Part shown: positions 18,008-28,433 of the stretch, piece by piece | Layout: each line of letters begins with the position of its first letter | Position numbering within the stretch: position 1 is the stretch's first letter | From: a virus | Taxonomy: Duplodnaviria; Caudoviricetes | Length of the DNA stretch: 64,000 bases | Reading direction: 5' to 3' (one strand) | IMG/VR virus record: IMGVR_UViG_3300029705_000039 | Position numbers and translations under genes: made by a program | Notes under the pieces: model-generated | What the model saw: the letters and a program-made list of their open reading frames with translations, nothing else | Told to the model about the DNA's origin: nothing | The model's database searches: none

Positions 18008-21000
18008 ATGGTAAAGCAATACCCTGGTACTTTGCATGCTCATACGGATTTTAGCAATCTTCGTCTTCGAGACTCGATTAATAAAGTCCCTACACTAATT
18101 AATAAAGCAATTGAACTTGGCCATACTTGTGTAGCAATTACCGACCACGAAACAATTAGTAGTTTCGTACAGGTTGAAGAATACGCGGCCAAGGTAAAGG
18201 ATAAGATTAAGGTTATTCGTGGCAATGAGATTTATCTTACTCGTAATAATCTTAATAGTTCTAACTTCAATAAGGAACGTGGCGATGATTACTTTCACTT
18301 TATCCTTCTTGCTAAGGATATCGAAGGGTATCATCAGATTTGCGAACTTTCTACGAGAGCCTGGATGCGTTCTTATGTTTCTCGTAGAATGCGTCGTGTT
18401 CCTACTTATTATAGAGACTTAAAGGAAATTGTGGCGCCGAATCCCGGACATCTGGTAGCAAGTACGGCTTGTCTGGGCGGTCAGCTTCCTAAGTTTATTC
18501 TTAAATATCGTGAAACCGGTGATATGAATTATATTGATACTGCGAAGAACTGGTGTCAATATATGACTGGTATTTTTGGAAAGGGTAATTTTTATTTGGA
18601 GATGCAACCTTCCAATAATGCTGAACAGGTTTATGTAAATAAAACTCTATTAAAGTTCAGTGAAGAACTTGACATTCCATATATTATTACAACTGACGCT
18701 CATTATCTTTCTAAAGAAGATGCCAATATTCACGAAAAATATCTAAATTCACAAGATGGCGACCGTGAGGTAAAGTCATTCTACGAGACAACTTATATGA
18801 TGGGCACAGAAGAAATTGAAGGCTTCTTTAAGTATTTTAGTAAGTCTCAAATTGACGCGGCTTATGATAGTATTAATCATATCGTCTCTATGTGCGAAGA
18901 GTTTAGTATTAAGCGCCCGCTTCGTATTCCGGAACTTCCTTGGTTAGAGTATAATCATGACGTTCCTAATCTTGAGTTTTACTTAACTAAAATGCCTACT
19001 CTTCGTAAGTTCCAGACTTCTAGTCGTAATGCAGATCGAGAAATGGTTTATGCAGTTATTGACGGTATTCATCGTCATAAAGATTTGCAGAATGATGCCG
19101 CTTATGCCGCACTTGAGGAATGTTTGGATATGACTTGGGTTTCAAGTGAAATCAATAACGCAAGTTGGAGCGCTTATTGTTTGAATCTTCAAAAGATTAT
19201 CGAGGAATGTTGGAACTCCGGAACTATTGTGGGTCCCGCCCGTGGTTCTGGTGGTGGCTTTATTCTTCTGTATTGTTTGGATATTATTCAGATGAATGCA
19301 CTTCGTGAAAAGACGACCATGTATCCTTGGCGTTTCTTGAACCCGCAACGTGTTAGCCCGTTGGATGTTGACTTTGATATTTCTGGTTTAAAACGCGCTT
19401 CAACTCTTGAGCATCTTCGTAAAGTGTATGGTCAAGATCGTGTTTGTAATGTTCTTACCTTGAGAACTGAAAAGTCTAAGAGTGCTATTTTAACTGCGGC
19501 TCGTGGTTTGGAAATGTCTCCCGAAGAAGGTCAGTATCTTTCTTCTTTAGTTAGCGCCGAGCGCGGCCAGCTATATACTCTTAAGCAGATGTATTATGGC
19601 GATGAAGAAAATGGTATCGCACCGAGTTCCACTTTCGTGGAGGAAATGAATAATCATCCTGACCTTTGGGCGATTGCTCAGCGAATTGAAGGTTTGGTAT
19701 GCGGCGCAGGCATCCACGCGGGCGGCATTATTTTTAATGATGAACCTTTCACTAATACGGCATCTTTGATGCGGGCACCTGATGGAACAGTAATTAGTGG
19801 ATTCGAACTTCATGACGCGGAAAAACTTTCACTGATTAAGTATGATGCTTTGTCCGTTGAAGGTATGGATAAGATTCAGATTTGTTTAGAGTTGCTTATT
19901 GAAAATGGTTTTGTAAAACCGGAGGCAACTTTAAAAGAAACCTATGAAAAGGTAATTGGTATTTATAATATTGAGCGTGATGACCCGACGATGTGGAAAA
20001 AAGTTTGGAATCACGATATCATCAGTCTATTCCAAATGGAACAGCAAAGTGGTATTCAAGGTATTGCGGCCACCAAGCCGAATAATGTTGATGACCTTGC
20101 CTCATTGAACTCCGTTATTCGTCTAATGGCGCAGGAAAAAGGTGCAGAAACTCCTATTGAGAAATATGCGCGTTTTAGAAAGAATCCTATGGCGTGGGAA
20201 CAGGAAATGAAGGCTGCGGGTTTAAGCGAAGAGGAACGCAAACTTCTTCACAAAGAGCTGGATGTTTCATCTGGTCTATGCATTGCTCAGGAACAGTTTA
20301 TGATGTTGGTTCAACTTCCGGAAATTGGCGGTTTTGATCTTCAGTGGGCAGACCGACTTCGTAAGTCCATTGCGAAAAAGAATCCAAAGGAATATGATAA
20401 GCTAACTACTGAGTTTTATGAAAATATGCGGCAAAAGAATCTTTCTGAAAATTTGTGTGCATATGTTTGGAATACTCTAATTGCTATGAACCGCGGCTAT
20501 GGCTTCAATGCCGCCCATACCCTTGGCTATTCATTGGTTGCACTACAAGAAATGAACCTCGCGCATAAGTATCCAATTATCTTCTGGAATACAGCGAATC
20601 TTATTGTTGATAGCGCCGGTGTTGCTGAAACAGATGAAGGCGATGAAGAAACTTTAGTTGTTGAACTGGAAGATTCTGAAGAAGTAGAGGAAATTGTAGA
20701 CATCTATGAGCCGGAAGAATGGGAAGAGTATGAATATGAAGATCTTCCTGATCGTTCTGCGAAAAAGAAAAAGAAAACAAAGTCTATTAACTTCGGTAAG
20801 ATTGCAACTGCAATTGGTAAATTCCAAATGGCGGGCATTAAAGTAACTCCTCCGAATATCAACGAAAGTGGTTTTACTTTTACTCCTCTGGTAAAAGAAA
20901 ATGCAATTGCAAGCGGTTTGCGTAATATTACCCGTATTTCCGCAGATTTGGTTAATCAGATTATTGCGAATCGTCCATATACTTCTATGGATGATTTCCA

Positions 21001-21979
21001 GGCAAAGGTAAAAGTGAATCGCACTCAGATGTTGAACCTTCTAAAGTGTGGAGCTTTTGATAGTTTGCATCCCGACCGAATGGCGGCCATCCAGAGCTAT
21101 CTATCTAGCAAAGCCGCGACCAAAGAAAAATTAACCTTGGCAAATGTACCGATGTTAATTAAATATGGTATTCTCGATGAAGAAGCCGCGAAATATTGTG
21201 AGTTATATTCTTTTAATAAGTTTTTAAGAAAGAATATTAAAGATGATGTTATCGTATTTCCCAATGAAAATGCATTAAATTATTATTGCGATCGATATGA
21301 CATTGATTTACTAATTAATGGAGAAAGCATTAGTGTAAAAGTTTGGGAAAAGATTTATAAAAAGAATATTGCTCCGCTAAGTGATTTCATCAAAGACAAT
21401 ATGGATGAATTGCTTGATAGGTTAAATGAAGCATTAATTCAAGAACAATTTGAGAATTATGCCAAAGGAACGATTTCTCATTATGAGATTGAATCTATGT
21501 CTTTCTATTATCATGAGCACGAGCTTCAAAATGTAAATCGTATGATTTATGATATTCAGGACTTTAATCGCCTTCCAGAGAAGCCAACTGTTGAGCGAGT
21601 TATTCCCACAAAAGATGGAAAGTCTATTGAATTACTAGAACTTTCTCATATTTGTGGCACAGTTTTAGATAAAAATAAAATGAAAAATTCCATCTCACTT
21701 CTAACACCTACTGGTGTGGTAACTGTGAAAATTTGGAAAAATCAGTTTGCCAAGTATGACAAACAAATCTCCGAAATCCAATCTGACGGAAAAAAGAAAG
21801 TTCGAGAAAAGTCTTGGTTTAGTCGCGGCAATCTTTTATATCTACAAGGTATTCGTCGTGGTGATACTTTTATTCCCAAGGCATATAAAAATAGCCTACA
21901 TAGAATTCCCATTATGAAAATTACATCAGTTGAAGGAGATAGGATAACTTATACTGACAAGAGGTATGATGAGGAATGA
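18008..21979 (+). CDS. dnaE: DNA polymerase III alpha subunit (DnaE family)
   Basis: PHP LHAHTDFS, ITDHE, TTDAHY; GPARGSGGG, LDVDFD, HAGG, KYDAL, YGFNAAH. Confidence 0.95.
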   Translation: MVKQYPGTLHAHTDFSNLRLRDSINKVPTLINKAIELGHTCVAITDHETISSFVQVEEYAAKVKDKIKVIRGNEIYLTRNNLNSSNFNKERGDDYFHFILLAKDIEGYHQICELSTRAWMRSYVSRRMRRVPTYYRDLKEIVAPNPGHLVASTACLGGQLPKFILKYRETGDMNYIDTAKNWCQYMTGIFGKGNFYLEMQPSNNAEQVYVNKTLLKFSEELDIPYIITTDAHYLSKEDANIHEKYLNSQDGDREVKSFYETTYMMGTEEIEGFFKYFSKSQIDAAYDSINHIVSMCEEFSIKRPLRIPELPWLEYNHDVPNLEFYLTKMPTLRKFQTSSRNADREMVYAVIDGIHRHKDLQNDAAYAALEECLDMTWVSSEINNASWSAYCLNLQKIIEECWNSGTIVGPARGSGGGFILLYCLDIIQMNALREKTTMYPWRFLNPQRVSPLDVDFDISGLKRASTLEHLRKVYGQDRVCNVLTLRTEKSKSAILTAARGLEMSPEEGQYLSSLVSAERGQLYTLKQMYYGDEENGIAPSSTFVEEMNNHPDLWAIAQRIEGLVCGAGIHAGGIIFNDEPFTNTASLMRAPDGTVISGFELHDAEKLSLIKYDALSVEGMDKIQICLELLIENGFVKPEATLKETYEKVIGIYNIERDDPTMWKKVWNHDIISLFQMEQQSGIQGIAATKPNNVDDLASLNSVIRLMAQEKGAETPIEKYARFRKNPMAWEQEMKAAGLSEEERKLLHKELDVSSGLCIAQEQFMMLVQLPEIGGFDLQWADRLRKSIAKKNPKEYDKLTTEFYENMRQKNLSENLCAYVWNTLIAMNRGYGFNAAHTLGYSLVALQEMNLAHKYPIIFWNTANLIVDSAGVAETDEGDEETLVVELEDSEEVEEIVDIYEPEEWEEYEYEDLPDRSAKKKKKTKSINFGKIATAIGKFQMAGIKVTPPNINESGFTFTPLVKENAIASGLRNITRISADLVNQIIANRPYTSMDDFQAKVKVNRTQMLNLLKCGAFDSLHPDRMAAIQSYLSSKAATKEKLTLANVPMLIKYGILDEEAAKYCELYSFNKFLRKNIKDDVIVFPNENALNYYCDRYDIDLLINGESISVKVWEKIYKKNIAPLSDFIKDNMDELLDRLNEALIQEQFENYAKGTISHYEIESMSFYYHEHELQNVNRMIYDIQDFNRLPEKPTVERVIPTKDGKSIELLELSHICGTVLDKNKMKNSISLLTPTGVVTVKIWKNQFAKYDKQISEIQSDGKKKVREKSWFSRGNLLYLQGIRRGDTFIPKAYKNSLHRIPIMKITSVEGDRITYTDKRYDEE

Positions 21980-23034
21980 TTGGAATATATGATAATGACT
22001 TTATGGCGGTGAAGAGAGGACTTCCCTCTCCTTCACTAGCCGCGATGAAAATGTCGGCTTTTTTAAAAACAAACGAAGAAGATAACGTATATTTAATTAC
22101 TTCTTTAGAAACCGCGGCCCAGTGTAATAAGGTTTATTTTTTTAGTGATAGAATTATAGATAAACTTCCTAAAGAAATATTCACAATGGATAACATTGAA
22201 CTATATGGAAAGTATTTAGAAAAACTTCCTAAGATAGTAGAACACATGGTGCCTGATATTACATTATATCATGATGTGGTTCAAGACCGTTTAGTGAATA
22301 AAATTACTGCTACAAATAGAGCACTACAATTTTTGGATAGCATTTATTATCAAGCATATGGTTCAGAAGGAGAAAGATTGCCTTTGCCGCCTTCTTCTAC
22401 AAGAAAAAGATTTTATATTTATGATGAAGATTTTTTAGGGTATGAAGATTGTTGGGATATTTTAAATGAGCTATTAGAACGTGCTCCTTCTGGTATTTAT
22501 ATGACACAACCAATCCAATGCCATACTGTAAAACAGTTTTTTACATTGCGTGAGGATTATGAAAAAGTTAGCCGCAGTAATAAAGTAATATTAGATTATT
22601 TTGTTCCACTTCATCACTTTGATATGTATTTTAGTAAATATAAATTGAGGTTGCTTGGTGAAATTACCAAAACCTCGGAGGTTTATATTTACTTAGGTAA
22701 AAATTATTCTAATAATGCTTATGGGGACACCTTTTATATAAAGAACTTGTATTATTGTTTAAACCTTATTTTCAGTTATTGGTCCCGCAATATTCCCATT
22801 AAAGCAGAGATGTTTGAAAAAGAAGACGCAATTAACCCATATAAAGATATTTATAACTGTATAAGACTTTGGACTAATAGTGAAAATCAAAATATGAAAT
22901 TAAAAGAAAGTTTCAACTCTAAAAAACTTAAGACCAAATTAGAAGAATTTCTTAAAGAACATTCTGTGATGGAGCAATTCTTTGAGAAAAGCAAAAATGA
23001 CTTAATTACTACAAGGGGGATATGGAGAATATGA
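21976..23034 (+). CDS. Hypothetical protein; N-terminus resembles phage radical-SAM-associated proteins but lacks CxxxCxxC
   Basis: MIGIYDND...PSLAAMKMSAFLK; ATGA overlap with dnaE. Confidence 0.55.
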   Translation: MIGIYDNDFMAVKRGLPSPSLAAMKMSAFLKTNEEDNVYLITSLETAAQCNKVYFFSDRIIDKLPKEIFTMDNIELYGKYLEKLPKIVEHMVPDITLYHDVVQDRLVNKITATNRALQFLDSIYYQAYGSEGERLPLPPSSTRKRFYIYDEDFLGYEDCWDILNELLERAPSGIYMTQPIQCHTVKQFFTLREDYEKVSRSNKVILDYFVPLHHFDMYFSKYKLRLLGEITKTSEVYIYLGKNYSNNAYGDTFYIKNLYYCLNLIFSYWSRNIPIKAEMFEKEDAINPYKDIYNCIRLWTNSENQNMKLKESFNSKKLKTKLEEFLKEHSVMEQFFEKSKNDLITTRGIWRI

Positions 23035-23249
23035 GACAAAATGAGGATATTCGTGCTGAGATGCAGGAAATTCAATTAAAACTCCAAAAGAAATTAGCAG
23101 AATGTTGCGCTACATTTGAACTACATCCTGAAATTAATGCTTTAAGACAGCAAATTGATGCTCTCCGCAAGGAATGCACGCATCTTAATACGAATCACGA
23201 AATTGAACTTTATAATGGACGCTGTATCTACTGTGGAAAAAAGATGTGA
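23031..23249 (+). CDS. Small coiled-coil/zinc-ribbon hypothetical protein
   Basis: RBS GGAG; C.H...CIYCG; start may be 23022. Confidence 0.6.
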   Translation: MRQNEDIRAEMQEIQLKLQKKLAECCATFELHPEINALRQQIDALRKECTHLNTNHEIELYNGRCIYCGKKM

Positions 23250-23260
23250 GGTGATAAGAT

Positions 23261-24508
23261 ATGGAATATGTAATCAAACGTGATGGTTCTCAGGTCTTAT
23301 ATAATAAAGATAAAATTTATGAAGCTATTAATGCCGCGAATGAAGAATGTATTCTTAAAGAAGAAGGGTATTTAACATTAGAATCTCTCTATGATGCCTT
23401 AGAGGATATTGATAGTCGTTGCAACGACCATGTGTCTGATATTGGTGTAGAAGAAATTCAGAACATTGTTGAACGTGTATTAATGTCCTATGAACCTGAT
23501 GTTGCTCGTGCTTATATTCGCTATCGTTATATGAAAGAAGTCGCTCGTGAATATAAGGCAGACTTTTTTGAAGCGATTGGCGATAAACTCGCGGCTAAGA
23601 ATGTAGTCAACCAAAATGCCAACGTAGACGAGCATTCCTTCGGCGGCCGCGTAGGCGAAGCATCTGATGCTATGATGAAAGAGTATGCACTTAACTTCTG
23701 CATGTCCAAGATGGCGCGCGAAAATCATTTAAATAATGAAATTTATATTCATGACCTAAGTGCTTATGCAGTTGGGATGCACAATTGCCTTACTGTTCCT
23801 TTTGACCATCTACTTGAAAAAGGCTTCAATACTCGTCAAGTTGATATTCGTCCCGCTAATAGTGTAGATACTGCTTTCCAGTTAGTTGCTGTTATTTTCC
23901 AACTACAATCTCTAATGCAGTTTGGCGGCGTAAGTGCTTCTCATATTGACTGGACTATGGTACCTTATGTAAGAAAGAGTTTTAGAAAACATTGGAACAA
24001 TGGATTAAAATATTTAGCATTTTGGGAAGTAAAAGATGAAGACTATGAAACTGAAAATAAGCCCTTGGATGAATATCCCAATTTTGATGATTATCAAGAT
24101 ATTTATCGGTATGCTATGGAAATGACTGAAAAAGAACTATCCCAAGCCGCAGAAGGCTTATATCATAACCTCAATTCTCTCCAAAGCCGCAGCGGAAACC
24201 AGTTGCCCTTTACCTCCCTTAACTATGGAACTTGCACTCTTCCTGAAGGTCGCATGGTAATTAAGGCTCTACTTGAAGGCTCCATTAAAGGCGTAGGCAA
24301 GCATCATCGCACTCCTATCTTCCCTTGCGGTATTTTCCAAGTCGGCGAAGGAATCAACAAGCATCCTGGCGACCCTAATTATGATTTATTCCAGCTGGCA
24401 CTAAAATCAACTTCTTTACGTCTATATCCCAATTATGCTAATATTGATTGGTCTGGTAATGCAGGATATGATAAAAACGACCCAAAAACTTATTTCTCTA
24501 CCATGGGT
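23261..24508 (+). CDS. nrdD: Anaerobic ribonucleotide reductase NrdD, exon 1
   Basis: ATP-cone VIKRDG, IYIHDL, HNC, QFGG, HNLNSLQSRSGNQLPFTS; ends TYFSTMG|. Confidence 0.92.
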
Positions 24509-25334
24509 AAGTGCAAACTACAGCTCATGTAAAATCTTTTGAACCTCGCCCGAGGGTGTCTGCGTAAGCAGGCTAACGGTTAGGTCCCACGAGGATGAGA
24601 CCGTGCGAAGATTCGTTATAATATTCATCTCTGTGAGGTGAATATATGGAAGTTTATAAGATTACTAACCTAATAAATGATAAAGTTTATATTGGTTAGA
24701 CAATTCGACCTATTTAGTAGCGTTTTCATCGGCATATAAGCGATGCTATGAATAATATACTTGATACACATTTTGCAAGAGCAATAAGAAAATACGGTCC
24801 AGATAATTGGAAAATAGAAAGTATAGACATCGCTAAAACATAGGAAGAATTAAATCAAAAAGAACAGTATTGGATTAATTATTATAATTCTGTTATAGAT
24901 GGATATAATGAAACAAATGCCATTAGCAAGTGCGGTGGAAATACTTATCAATCTAAAACAGAAGAAGAAATGAAAATTATTAAGGAAAAGATACGAAAAA
25001 CTAAACTTGGTGGTAAAAATCCCATGGCACGAAAAATAAAAAGAACAAATATACAAACTGGAGAAACCGATATTTTTGAAACAGTTATATCTTGTGCCAA
25101 AGCTTGCGGGATACAAAATGGAAAAACATCAATTACCACCCGGCTAAATAAACAAATAACTTCTCCTTATAAAAATACTTGGACTTTTGAATATTATAAC
25201 GAATAACGTGTATCGACTATCCCTGATGAATGTAAGGGAGTAGGACAGGAGATAGGCACCTGTCCGAAGCGGAAGACTATCTTGACAAAGATAGAAGATA
25301 TAGTCAGTGCTGATGGCAACATCAGATAAACATG
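24509..25334 (+). mobile_element. Group I intron in nrdD
   Basis: Splits the conserved MG|CR. 5' exon ends in U pairing U.G in P1 (CAUGGGU/GCUCAUG); P10 CUACA/UGUAG; P7 GACUA / AAGAUAUAGUC; terminal G 25334. Confidence 0.92.
24646..25206 (+). CDS. Intron-encoded GIY-YIG homing endonuclease, TAG-recoded (4 TAG)
   Basis: MEVYKITNLINDKVYIG*T...RF..H...AIRKYG...KEQYWI..YNS..GYN; NUMOD1-like C-terminus. Confidence 0.9.
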
Positions 25335-26339
25335 TGTAGAACGGCGAACGGCTGGGATGTAAATGGTTTGGGTCAGCAAAAGGACGGCCGCGGTAATATT
25401 TGTCCTGTAACGATTATTATGCCTACGCTTGCAATGATGGCTTTGGGTGGTGGAGGAGGTCCTTGTGAGGAATTGACACTAGAACACCCAGTAATAGAAG
25501 AGCGTATTAAGAAATTTATGACTCTTCTTGATAAGAAAATCCACGAAGCCAAAGATATGCTAATTGAGCGCTTTGAATATATTTGCCGCCAAAGTCCTGA
25601 CTCAGCCAAGTTTATGTATGAAAATAATACTATGGCAGGCTATGTGCCAGAAGAAGGTATTCGCTCTGCCTTAAAGCATGGAACAGTTGTAATTGGACAA
25701 CTTGGTTTAGCAGAAACCTTAGAAATTTTAATCGGTAAGAATCACACTACTCCCGAAGGTATGGAACTTGCAAAGCGTATTGAGCAGTTATTTAAAGATA
25801 GATGTGCTGAATTTAAGCAACAGTATAAATTGAACTTTGGTGTATATTATACGCCTGCTGAAAACCTCTGCTATACTGCTATGAAGAAGTTCCAAGATAA
25901 ATATGGAACTATTCCTCATGTAAGCGACCATGAATACTTCACTAATAGTATCCACGTTCCTGTTTGGGAAAAGGTTAATGTTCTTGAAAAAATCGATATT
26001 GAAAGCGAACTAACTGGTTATAGTTCCGCAGGCTGCATTACTTATGTTGAACTTGAAAGCGGCATTAAAAATAACCTATCCGCCTTGGAACAAATTGTTA
26101 TCTATGCTATGGATAAAGATATTCCTTATCTTGCTATCAATGTCCCCAATGATACTTGCCTTGATTGCGGCTATACTGATGAATTTAACGACAAGTGTCC
26201 TGAGTGCGGCAGTACCAATATTCAGCAGCTTCGCCGCGTAACAGGCTACTTAACAGGCGACTATAAAACCGCCTTCAATAAAGGTAAACAATATGAAACT
26301 GAAGACCGAGTAAAACATACCGGAAGGATGGAACAGTAA
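25335..26339 (+). CDS. nrdD: NrdD exon 2
   Basis: CRT, GRGNI, TPAENL, FTNS.H, CxxC..CxxC zinc site, glycyl-radical RRVTGYL. Confidence 0.92.
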   Translation, partial: CRTANGWDVNGLGQQKDGRGNICPVTIIMPTLAMMALGGGGGPCEELTLEHPVIEERIKKFMTLLDKKIHEAKDMLIERFEYICRQSPDSAKFMYENNTMAGYVPEEGIRSALKHGTVVIGQLGLAETLEILIGKNHTTPEGMELAKRIEQLFKDRCAEFKQQYKLNFGVYYTPAENLCYTAMKKFQDKYGTIPHVSDHEYFTNSIHVPVWEKVNVLEKIDIESELTGYSSAGCITYVELESGIKNNLSALEQIVIYAMDKDIPYLAINVPNDTCLDCGYTDEFNDKCPECGSTNIQQLRRVTGYLTGDYKTAFNKGKQYETEDRVKHTGRMEQ

Positions 26340-26341
26340 TT

Positions 26342-26935
26342 ATGAAATACGCAGGAATTATTTATGATGATACCGCCGCGGCCCCTGGTTTAAGTCTATC
26401 CTTCTACACTCAAGGTTGCCCTATCCACTGTCCTGGTTGCCATAACCAGGATATGTGGGATTTTGAAGGCGGATATGAATTTACAGACGAAGTAAGAGAT
26501 AAAGTTATTGCTAAACTCAATGAAAACGGAGTTCTCCGCAATCTTTGTATTATTGGCGGCGAACCACTTTGTCCGCAAAATGCTCATATGACAGAATTGC
26601 TTTGCGGCTTTGCAAGAGTAGAATATCCAGATATTAAGATTTATGTTTGGACTGGTTATACTTTAGAAGAATTATGCAAACGCGAGCAAGATATAGATAC
26701 GCTTGATGGTAAGCATATTCGTAATATTCTAGAATGTGTTGATGTTCTAATTGCTAATCCATTTGATATCTCCAAACGAGACATCACATTAGAATTACGC
26801 GGTTCTTCTAATCAGGAGATTTATAAATTCGTCACTGAAAATGAGTTCGCTGATGGCGGCAAACAATTTGGGTTTGAACGCGCAAACAAAATCTATCCTT
26901 ATGTTATTAAGGAAGGAAAATTTAAAGAGGGCTAA
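26342..26935 (+). CDS. nrdG: Anaerobic RNR activating enzyme (radical SAM)
   Basis: QGCPIHCPGCHN, GGEPL, WTGY, RGSSNQ. Confidence 0.92.
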   Translation: MKYAGIIYDDTAAAPGLSLSFYTQGCPIHCPGCHNQDMWDFEGGYEFTDEVRDKVIAKLNENGVLRNLCIIGGEPLCPQNAHMTELLCGFARVEYPDIKIYVWTGYTLEELCKREQDIDTLDGKHIRNILECVDVLIANPFDISKRDITLELRGSSNQEIYKFVTENEFADGGKQFGFERANKIYPYVIKEGKFKEG

Positions 26936-26952
26936 GCCCTCTTTATTTTTTT
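26924..26952 (+). terminator. Intrinsic terminator
   Basis: AAAGAGGGC-TAA-GCCCTCTTT then T-run. Confidence 0.75.
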
Positions 26953-26961
26953 GCTTAAAAT

Positions 26962-26990
26962 TTGACAAAAATATTTTTTTAGCTTATAAT
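26962..26990 (+). promoter_or_regulatory. sigmaA-type promoter
   Basis: TTGACA-17bp-TATAAT. Confidence 0.75.
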
Positions 26991-27031
26991 TAATACATAA
27001 GAAATACAGGAGTAGTGAAGTTTAGGATAGT

Positions 27032-28033
27032 ATGGATATCTTTATTATTATATGTCTAATTGGTTTATCTCTTTACCTTGCTTATAAATATACTCAATTA
27101 CAAAAGTAGCAATCTAGTTATAAGGAACTATAGACGGATATTTAGAACGCGAATAGTATCTTAGACGATATTAAAGCATAGACTAAAACCGCCACAGAAG
27201 AGCTACAAGATATATAGCAATCTTAGACTAGTCATCAGTTTGAATTGGTTGCTCTACTTGCTAAAGAAGACGAATTACGCAAAAATATTGATAGTAATTA
27301 GGCAATCGTAGCAAGCCAAACCGAAATTATTAATAACTATCGAGAGCAATACAGTGCCCTAAAAGATGAGTAGGATAAAAAATGTCTACAAATCATTTAG
27401 GATACTTCCTTAAAAATTAATTAGATTGAAGCAAGTTATAAATTAACTATTGAATAGAAGGAACAAGAAACCAAAGCGATTATTGAATAGTTAGCTGCCA
27501 ATCTTGAGGAAGAGCGGCAAAAATATCTTTCTATTATCGAAACTGTCTAGAATGCTTAGACAGAAGATGAAAAAGATGCCAATAGGCATATTAAAATTCG
27601 TGATGCCACAAAAGATGATATTAATTATCTTTTAAATAATGTTGCCAATAAACTATCTAATCCTGATATTTTATATAAGCTTATTTGGTCTGAATATATT
27701 CAAAAACCTACTAATGAGATGTTAGACTTTATTTTACCACAACGTGATTGCCCGGGTATTTATAAAATCACTAACGATAAAAATAAAAAAGCGTATATCG
27801 GTCGTTCCACTTCTGTCCGTAAACGTCTAACCGACCACATCAAAAGCGCGGTTGGCATAAGCACCATCGCGGATTAGCGAGTTCATCAAGCAATGCGGGA
27901 AGAAGGCTTATGGAATTTTACTTTTGAACTGATAGAAGAATGCGATAAAGACAAGCTTAATGAGCGAGAAAAATTTTATATCCAATTCTTCTCAACCGAA
28001 CAACTTGGATATAATCAGAAAGCAGGAGGCTAA
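27032..28033 (+). CDS. Membrane-anchored coiled-coil protein with C-terminal GIY-YIG nuclease, TAG-recoded (~15 TAG)
   Basis: 333-aa frame open except for TAG; N-terminal TM helix IFIIICLIGLSLYLAY, heptad-like Q/E/K region, PGIYKITN..AYIGRS..RL..H..EREKFYI..GYN. Confidence 0.85.
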
Positions 28034-28035
28034 TT

Positions 28036-28431
28036 GTGTTAGTAAATCAAATTATTCCCACCGAAATGCGTGAGCGTATATGCGTGCATTGCGACCATCA
28101 CGATAATGATACTGGCGACCCAATGACCTATCTAATCGCTGGGCCGCGGCAGGGTAAATCAACAGAAACCATTCGTCAAGCAGTCTTTCGCCGCAATACG
28201 ATTCTTTCTACCGAATATGATTTTTATAGAAGCGCGGGAATGAAGCACGTGAGTGAAGCCCGACCAGGAGAAGTGTCATACTTAGGTTTGCGCGACATAT
28301 TCGCTAATGAGCTAAAATTAACTGAACCTCTAAATTTATGTGTAGATAATGCTCGGACTGTCTTGGAAGAACTCTTAACCGAAAGGTTTAATGTCCCAGT
28401 AAAAATTAACTTTATGTCCTTGGAGGCTTAA
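28036..28431 (+). CDS. Hypothetical protein with P-loop-like motif
   Basis: RBS GGAGG; YLIAGPRQGKST. Confidence 0.55.
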   Translation: MLVNQIIPTEMRERICVHCDHHDNDTGDPMTYLIAGPRQGKSTETIRQAVFRRNTILSTEYDFYRSAGMKHVSEARPGEVSYLGLRDIFANELKLTEPLNLCVDNARTVLEELLTERFNVPVKINFMSLEA

Positions 28432-28433
28432 TC

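Noticed and set aside
20620-20785. Intein in DnaE
   Set aside because: Too short and lacks the C/S...HN splice motifs.
24509-24532. Track C-terminus KCKLQLM of nrdD and the separate ORF start at 25332
   Set aside because: Both are intron sequence; splicing joins MG to CRT.
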